Source: Akkermansia muciniphila
GTDB lineage: Bacteria > Verrucomicrobiota > Verrucomicrobiia > Limisphaerales > UBA9464
DNA length: 64,000 nucleotides
Reading direction: 5' to 3'
Assembly: GCA_945883815.1 (NCBI GenBank)
Contig: CAMCYJ010000010.1
Coordinates: forward strand, 1,047-65,046
Shown in pieces: positions 58,111 to 64,000 of the stretch (position 1 is its first letter; each line of letters opens with the position of its first letter). Made by a program: the position numbers and the translations under genes. The notes beneath the pieces are model-generated. The model ran no database searches. It was not told the origin of the DNA and saw nothing but the letters and a program-made list of their open reading frames with translations.

Positions 58111-59552
58111 GCGATTCCCCAGCGCCGACGGGCGAACCCATAGGCGACCGGCTTCACGGCCTGAAGCTTCGAAGGCACCTCGTCGCCGCCAAAACGCTGT
58201 TCGAAGGCGCGGATGTCCCGGTCGTATTCGGCCAGAAGACGGGCCTTGGCCGGCTCCTCCAAGAAGGACCATTGCAGCGAGTTGCGTCCGCAGCGGACCA
58301 ATTCGTCCCACGTCAGGTTGAACTCGCTGACGGCCGTCAGGTACTCGTCGGTCATCCCGGAATCCCACATGCCGGAATCGTCGGTCGACAGCCCACAGGG
58401 CACGCCCAAGCGAAGCATCTCCGCGAAGTGATGCTGGGAATAGTCGCCCACGTATTCCAGGAGCAGGTTGCTCACGAGGTTGATCTCCACAAAGGCCACC
58501 CCGTGCCGCAGGTGCAAAACGAGATCGTCGTCGGTGAGCACGTTGTTGCCGTGGCCCAGTCGGGTGGCGCCGAGCATGAGTGTGTCGCGCATGTGGGCAT
58601 TGGGCTCGTCCACCTCGCCGGCATGAATCGAAAGGCCGATGCCCGAGTGCTGACGGCGCATCTTGCGATAAACCTCCAGGAAGCGGCGTGGGTGGCCTTT
58701 GTCGTTGTCCTCGCGGCCCGCCATGTTGATGCCCACCCAGGTGTCTCGGTGGCGCGAGACCCAGTCGTAGGCTTGCTCCACCCGCTGCACGGCGTTGGGG
58801 GTGAATCGGAGCACCACGAATTGCAGGCGCAGCGTGACCCCGGAAGCTCGGGCATCGGGTTGAGACAACCGGCGCTGGAGGATGCGTTGACCCTCCTCCG
58901 GATCGAGCATGGAACCATCGGCGGCCACATACAGGTCGGGAATCGTCTGGGCCTCGATGTAGCGAACGCCCTCGGCCCCGTAGCGTTGCAGCGTCCGCAC
59001 CATCATCTCGGCGGCGATGTTCGCGTCACGCCCCACGGCCCCGAGTCGCGGCCAAATCCGCTCGAAGAACTCGTCACGTCCTTCGCCCGGTGCATCCAAG
59101 CGCAGCGAGTTCATCCACTCGCGGGCCTGTGCTGGCGACAGAGAATCCAGAGCCGCATACTCCGAGCGGCGGCACTCGTCCATCGCGCTCCACTGGAAAG
59201 CCGAGATCGTGGCGAAGCGGGTCCATTCATTGGTGTCGGTGTTGCAGCTCCCCGCGCGGATTCGGGTGTAGAAACGATTGGTGCCCACGATGGATCGGTT
59301 CGTGGCCACCGAGTACAAGTCTTCCATGCGCCAGCAACCCCCGGCGTGATGGTGCAAGTCGCCGCCTTTGGGCATGGCGTAGAGCAGGCGGTAGAGCTCG
59401 CTCTTGGGGAGCGACCGCTTGAGTTCTTCGAAGCGGGTGGCGAACCCTTCGGCTCGGACCGAAAGAAAACCGGCCAAGACTAGGCCCAGAAAAATAGCCC
59501 ACCGGCGGGCGTATGAGACCCACAACATCGGCGATTTCAGGAAGGACTTCAT
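58104..59552 (-). CDS. Exported adenosine/AMP deaminase-family protein (ADGF/CECR1-like)
   Basis: N-terminal anchor/signal WAIFLGLVLAGFLSVRA. Metal and catalytic motifs GGDLHHHAGG, SIHAGE, LSTDDSG. The start overlaps the upstream gene's stop (ATGA). Confidence 0.8.
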   Translation of the reverse strand: MKSFLKSPMLWVSYARRWAIFLGLVLAGFLSVRAEGFATRFEELKRSLPKSELYRLLYAMPKGGDLHHHAGGCWRMEDLYSVATNRSIVGTNRFYTRIRAGSCNTDTNEWTRFATISAFQWSAMDECRRSEYAALDSLSPAQAREWMNSLRLDAPGEGRDEFFERIWPRLGAVGRDANIAAEMMVRTLQRYGAEGVRYIEAQTIPDLYVAADGSMLDPEEGQRILQRRLSQPDARASGVTLRLQFVVLRFTPNAVQRVEQAYDWVSRHRDTWVGINMAGREDNDKGHPRRFLEVYRKMRRQHSGIGLSIHAGEVDEPNAHMRDTLMLGATRLGHGNNVLTDDDLVLHLRHGVAFVEINLVSNLLLEYVGDYSQHHFAEMLRLGVPCGLSTDDSGMWDSGMTDEYLTAVSEFNLTWDELVRCGRNSLQWSFLEEPAKARLLAEYDRDIRAFEQRFGGDEVPSKLQAVKPVAYGFARRRWGIAY

Positions 59553-60658
59553 GGCGCAGCAGATTGGGGGACTTTGTCGGCATAACGCGGCCAGTGGCTC
59601 ACGAGTTCGTGCACCACCCGGCTACCGACACCGTAAGCGGCCTCCAAGCTGGGAATGTAGGCCGAGAACTTGCCGCTATTTTCTTCGACGAGGTTTTCGG
59701 CGGCGGTCTTTCCGGGCGGCTGCATGTCGAAATTGCTGGCCGTGCGCAGCACCAGGACCCGATTGGTGTCCACGCAACCGGCCTGACCCAGAAAGGTCAG
59801 GGCCTGCAAGGTGCCGCTGTCTTCCATGGCGGTGGTGACGTAGTTGCCCTGGCCGTCGGTCCAATAGCGGGTCCAGTCATTGGCCCACTGATTCATCAAC
59901 CGGCCATGCCAAAAGGTGGAGGCGGCCAGATTGTCACCCTTCATGACGGAGGGCGACTGACGCGCCTTGGGATGCTGCGTGTAGCGGTTGCGGTTCTGAA
60001 TCATGATCTCCGTCTCCATGAGCGGCGTGTCCCGGGTCAGGCGATAGGCCCAATCGACCAGGCCGGGATTGAGTCGGAACACCACATCGCCCAGGCGGTT
60101 TTTCTTGGGCTGTTCGTACGGCTTGGACTGGCTGAGCGGCACATACCCGGTGGACCAGTCGGCCGGCATTTCGCGCGGGTCAATTTCATGGGCCAAATCG
60201 CCATCAATGATGTACTCCGCCCAGGCGGCGCTGCCCAAGGTCCCGTCGGCTGGATCGATGCCGGCGATGCCCGCGGTAATCCAGTAGGCCTTGCGAAAAT
60301 CGAACCGCGGATCTCGTGCCAAGGCCGCGATGACGGCCGCCGTTCGGGCGATGCCACCCCCGGTGCACACGGCCAGCACCCCATCGTCGCGGTAACGCAG
60401 GGGCCGGTAAGTTCCCGGGACCTCCAGCTTGCGGTTCAAGTGCTCACGCTCGACCCAGAACTGGTATTCCCCGGGCCGATCACCGGTGTCTTCACCCGGC
60501 TCGAACAAGGTCACGATCACCACCTTGACGGGCATGGGTGAGGATTCAGACGGAGCACCGGATGGCGAAGAAGACACCGCCACACGAGCGGCACATCCGG
60601 AGCCTAGGCAGGCCAGGAGCAAGGAGAGCAGGAGTGCAGGGGGGAAAGTCAGTTTCAT
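59549..60658 (-). CDS. Purine nucleoside permease (NUP, PF06516-type) family lipoprotein
   Basis: Lipoprotein-like signal MKLTFPPALLLSLLLACLGSGC. VKVVIVTLFEPGED...WITAGIAGIDP...TAMEDSGT is typical of the NUP family, recalled from memory. Confidence 0.75.
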   Translation of the reverse strand: MKLTFPPALLLSLLLACLGSGCAARVAVSSSPSGAPSESSPMPVKVVIVTLFEPGEDTGDRPGEYQFWVEREHLNRKLEVPGTYRPLRYRDDGVLAVCTGGGIARTAAVIAALARDPRFDFRKAYWITAGIAGIDPADGTLGSAAWAEYIIDGDLAHEIDPREMPADWSTGYVPLSQSKPYEQPKKNRLGDVVFRLNPGLVDWAYRLTRDTPLMETEIMIQNRNRYTQHPKARQSPSVMKGDNLAASTFWHGRLMNQWANDWTRYWTDGQGNYVTTAMEDSGTLQALTFLGQAGCVDTNRVLVLRTASNFDMQPPGKTAAENLVEENSGKFSAYIPSLEAAYGVGSRVVHELVSHWPRYADKVPQSAAP

Positions 60659-60729
60659 GACGGTCGAACTCGGTCGGGCAGGAGGGCGGAGACGGGACTA
60701 GGAGCGGGGGCGAGATGAGTAGCGTTGTG

Positions 60730-60762
60730 AAAAAGGGCGGCGACCCGAAGGTGCGCCGCCCC
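60730..60762 (-). terminator. Terminator/attenuator-like hairpin between the TBDR gene and downstream genes
   Basis: The minus strand reads GGGCGGCG-CACCTTCGGGT-CGCCGCCC followed by TTTTTCAC (plus-strand coordinates given). Confidence 0.55.
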
Positions 60763-60790
60763 TGTGGAACCAAAGACTTCAGACCGAGGA

Positions 60791-63085
60791 TTAGAACCGG
60801 TAAGCAACCCGGCCCTCGAGGCGGAAGGGCAGTTCGGCAATGATGGACTCGTTGCCGTAGACGCCATTCGGAGCTCCCCAGTTCTTCTCGTCGGTGACGT
60901 TGAGCAGCATGATGCGAGCGTCCCAGTTCTGGCGGGCGTAGAACACCGTGAGATCCAAGGTGTACTGCGGCGGGATGACGATGGAACCCACCGTGTTGTT
61001 CCAGATGTCGCCGGTGGCAACGAGGTTGGCGGTTATGCCGGCGCCGCAGTCGAGCTTGTAGGTCGTGAGCAAGTTGAACAGATGCTCAGGCATGCCCTGG
61101 CGCCGGATCGCGCCCGGAGGCGCCGTGAAGAACCGGCTGCTGGCCGGCACCAGCGTGGTATTGCCCACGTCGAAGCCAGCCGGGTTGGTGTCGGCCTGAA
61201 TGTAGGAGTAGCCCAGCGTCGTGTAGAAGTTGCGGTTGGGCTGCAGGTTGACTTCGAACTCCACGCCGCGGGTGTCAACCTCGGACACCACGCGGGAGAC
61301 AGTGTTGAGGTCGGAGCGGGTCTGCTGGAAGACCGCGAAGTTGACGTAGCCGTGGCCGTCGAGGAACCCGCGCTTGGTGCCGACCTCGAAGAGTTCCGCC
61401 ACGGCATGGAAGCGGCCGGAGGAGAACTTGGCATCACCCTGGGTGGTGACGCCGCCGCCGTTGCCCACCGTGCCGGCTGGGTTCTGGCTCCAGTTGTAAG
61501 TGGCATAGCCCGACCAGGTCGGCTGGAACTTGTACACCGCGCTGGCGTTCGCGTTGAACATACCCATGGTCGTGGTGTCGCCCGGGATCCAGCCGGCCGG
61601 ATCCATGTAGTCGGCGAACATCACGTCTTCGCGGACACCGGCCAACAAGGAGAACTTGTCGGAGACCTTCAAGTCATGCTGCCAGTACGGGCCGACCTGC
61701 CAGGTCTTGCTAATGCCCGAGTCGCCATTGACCGGCATGTAGTAGCGATTCGGCCATCCGGGCACGGGGGCAAAGCGGCCGCCGGAGTTGAAGTAGTCGG
61801 CGTTGTAAATGTTGATGTAGTTCCGGTCTTTGGTGATGTCCCAAACTCCGGCCGGCTCGTTGAAGAAGTCGTTGTACGCCTCCACCTGCTGGTAGCGCAC
61901 CGAGATGCCGGTGTTGATGCTGTGCCTCTCTCCCGAGAAACGCGCCTCGGTGCGGTTCTCCAGCGAAAGGCTGGGGTCGACGATCTCGGAGTAGTAGTAC
62001 GAGGACAACGTCTCGCGCCGGATGTAGCGGAAGAAGGTGTTGTTCACGAACTCCCAGTCGCCCCCCGGCTTGATCGTCTGGACAACCTGAGCATTGTAGC
62101 CGATGCCCTCGGAGTCATCCCCGGGACGGAGCAGGCGGGAGCGGCGATCAATCGGCACCTCGGGTCCGAGCTGGATCTTGTTGACGGTTGGGAATCCGGA
62201 GACGACGTACTTCGAGTTCTGGGGGTCGGAAGGCAGACCGGGGAAGTTGTTGGTGTTGATGCCGGTCTGGTAGAGCCCCTTGTTGATCAGGTTCATCGTG
62301 GGCCGGTTGATGCCGAAATTCTCGGTGTAGTTGGCCCACTGGAACTCATTGTTGAAATCCAGGGTGTAGTTTTCATTGGCGATCCAGGTGATCGCCCCGT
62401 AGCCGGCCTGGGTGCGGCGGAATCCGTCGTAGTAGTAACTGCCGGACTGCTCGCCGGAGTAGCTCAAACGGTAGGCCAGGTTGTCCTTGATGGGCGCACC
62501 GATGTCAGCGGTCCAGCGGCGCTGATCGTACATGCCGTAGGTGCCGATGACCTCGCCGTGGAAGCCATCGAAGTAGGGCTTCTTGGACTGCAAGTCGATG
62601 TATCCGCCGACGTACTGGGAGGGACCATACACCACCGAGGCGGGGCCCTTGATGATGTTCACTGACTCCACCGCGTTGAAATTGACCGGCAGGCCGTTGC
62701 CGTTGCTGGTCAAACCGGTGCGCATGCCGTTGACGAAGGTGTCGGCGATCTGGCCGCGGATGTCCGGCGTGGTCGGTGCACCGAAATTGGACCGGGTGTA
62801 CGAGCTGGAGGTCAGCTTAGAGAAATCCCGGACATCAAAGATGTTGATCGCGTTCAACTGCTCCCGCGAGATGATGGTCACATTCCGGGGGGTATCGATC
62901 ACACTGCGATCGGTACCATACACAGAATTGACGGGGCGAACGGTCGGCATGACCGATTCCTCCAGCGGCACGGCCTCGATCAGGGTCTTGTCGAGAACGT
63001 TGGTCGAGCTTTGGGCCTGGGCGGTGTCACGAGCACTGAGCGCAAGTGCAGCAGCCGCGGCGATCGTGAGTCGATGGGTGTTCAT
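60791..63085 (-). CDS. TonB-dependent outer-membrane receptor
   Basis: Signal MNTHRLTIAAAAALALSARDTAQA. Plug NVTIISREQL...DIRG. ~700-aa barrel ending in the aromatic terminus RVAYRF. Confidence 0.9.
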   Translation of the reverse strand: MNTHRLTIAAAAALALSARDTAQAQSSTNVLDKTLIEAVPLEESVMPTVRPVNSVYGTDRSVIDTPRNVTIISREQLNAINIFDVRDFSKLTSSSYTRSNFGAPTTPDIRGQIADTFVNGMRTGLTSNGNGLPVNFNAVESVNIIKGPASVVYGPSQYVGGYIDLQSKKPYFDGFHGEVIGTYGMYDQRRWTADIGAPIKDNLAYRLSYSGEQSGSYYYDGFRRTQAGYGAITWIANENYTLDFNNEFQWANYTENFGINRPTMNLINKGLYQTGINTNNFPGLPSDPQNSKYVVSGFPTVNKIQLGPEVPIDRRSRLLRPGDDSEGIGYNAQVVQTIKPGGDWEFVNNTFFRYIRRETLSSYYYSEIVDPSLSLENRTEARFSGERHSINTGISVRYQQVEAYNDFFNEPAGVWDITKDRNYINIYNADYFNSGGRFAPVPGWPNRYYMPVNGDSGISKTWQVGPYWQHDLKVSDKFSLLAGVREDVMFADYMDPAGWIPGDTTTMGMFNANASAVYKFQPTWSGYATYNWSQNPAGTVGNGGGVTTQGDAKFSSGRFHAVAELFEVGTKRGFLDGHGYVNFAVFQQTRSDLNTVSRVVSEVDTRGVEFEVNLQPNRNFYTTLGYSYIQADTNPAGFDVGNTTLVPASSRFFTAPPGAIRRQGMPEHLFNLLTTYKLDCGAGITANLVATGDIWNNTVGSIVIPPQYTLDLTVFYARQNWDARIMLLNVTDEKNWGAPNGVYGNESIIAELPFRLEGRVAYRF

Positions 63086-63247
63086 TTTGTTCAGGTTGGT
63101 GATTTTCGGCCACAGTCACCCCTTATAGGGGATGACCCACGACCATATATGGCGTTTTCAGACCGACAATTTGCAGAAGCAGCGCCGATGCCATGACTGG
63201 CAAACAAGCTGCAACCGGTTAGGATCGGGTGAAAACCTGCCCAAATC

Positions 63248-64000
63248 ATGCCCACCGACAAGCCAAAATCCCGAAGAACCGCAATCAAAGAGGATGTGAA
63301 CAAATGGCTCTCGCAGCTGGGGGTTCCCCGGGTGGATACCGTCAGCAAGCAAGCCCGCATGGACCGTCCCATCCATGGCACGACACTGTATGTAGCCTCC
63401 TGCACCCTCGACACCCGCTATGGCCCCTTCCAGGCGCATGTGTTCCAAGACCTCATCCACAAGGGATATGTCATCGCTCTGACCCATGGCAACCTGAGCT
63501 CCGGAAAGGCTCTGTACACCCGAATCCACTCATCCTGCGTCACCAGCGAAACCCTCCGGGGCTGCGATTGCGACTGCGTGCAGCAACTTGAGGGGGCCCT
63601 GGAAATCATCGCCCAGCGCGAACACGGCATTTTGTTCTACCTAATGCAGGAAGGCCGGGGCGTCGGCTACATTGCCAAGGCGCGGGACCGCATGCTGGTG
63701 CAGGCCAGCCAAGACCGGATTTCCACCTTCCAAGCCTATGCGGCCATGGGCCTGAAAAAGGACTACCGCGATTACGAAGATGTGATGCATGCGGCCACGC
63801 TGCTCGGCCTCAAGAAGGCTCGCTTCATCTTGCTGACCAACAACCCGGACAAGATCGAGGCCATGCGGGCTCAAGGGCTCAAGGTGGTCCGGGCCGAGCC
63901 CATCGAATTCGAGCCCTCCCCGTTCAACTTGGCCTACCTGGCCTCCAAAGCCACCTCCGGGCACCGGCTGGATCGGCCCAGCCTAACCGCCGTCAAATCG
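63248..64000 (+). CDS. GTP cyclohydrolase II (RibA)-like protein, 3' end beyond window
   Basis: Absent from the ORF track (no stop in window). Hand translation from the ATG at 63248: MPTDKPKSRR...RIHSSCVTSETLRGCDCDCVQQLEGAL...LMQEGRGVGYIAKA...LLTNNPDKIEAMRAQGLKV. This shows the Zn-Cys cluster and EGRG motif of GCH II. Confidence 0.75.
   Translation, partial: MPTDKPKSRRTAIKEDVNKWLSQLGVPRVDTVSKQARMDRPIHGTTLYVASCTLDTRYGPFQAHVFQDLIHKGYVIALTHGNLSSGKALYTRIHSSCVTSETLRGCDCDCVQQLEGALEIIAQREHGILFYLMQEGRGVGYIAKARDRMLVQASQDRISTFQAYAAMGLKKDYRDYEDVMHAATLLGLKKARFILLTNNPDKIEAMRAQGLKVVRAEPIEFEPSPFNLAYLASKATSGHRLDRPSLTAVKS

Overview
High-GC chromosomal segment. The gene content looks like a PVC-group bacterium, probably Verrucomicrobiota: an H-X9-DG pseudopilin, many exported multidomain proteins ending in an ...F/Y-Y/F-R-x-R-x-P beta-sandwich-like tail, and CRTAC1/ASPIC and FGE-sulfatase paralogues. 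I call about 41 protein-coding genes. Two are cut by the window edges and are absent from the ORF track: a PAS histidine kinase at 1-827 (-) and a GTP cyclohydrolase II-like gene at 63248-64000 (+). Recognisable housekeeping genes are corA, nrdJ, fabI, gntK-like, a surA-like PPIase plus pdxA, ppc and tex. I found no rRNA, tRNA, CRISPR array, transposase, integrase, reverse transcriptase, phage gene or canonical defence gene. Most long ORFs antisense to these genes are high-GC shadow ORFs. The items most worth a second look are: (1) a hairpin-rich ~137 bp non-coding element present at three intergenic loci, twice as tandem arrays, with stem covariation between loci; (2) a minus-strand operon of TonB-dependent receptor, lipoprotein 'purine nucleoside permease'-family protein and exported adenosine deaminase, divergent from a GTP cyclohydrolase II paralogue; (3) a five-gene cluster linking a two-component system to a secreted trypsin-like protease and a membrane-anchored HEAT-like protein; (4) an orphan ~1420-aa polytopic membrane protein; and (5) a hypothetical exported protein gene that overlaps fabI by 181 nt. 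All functional calls rest on motif recognition by eye, since no database search was possible.
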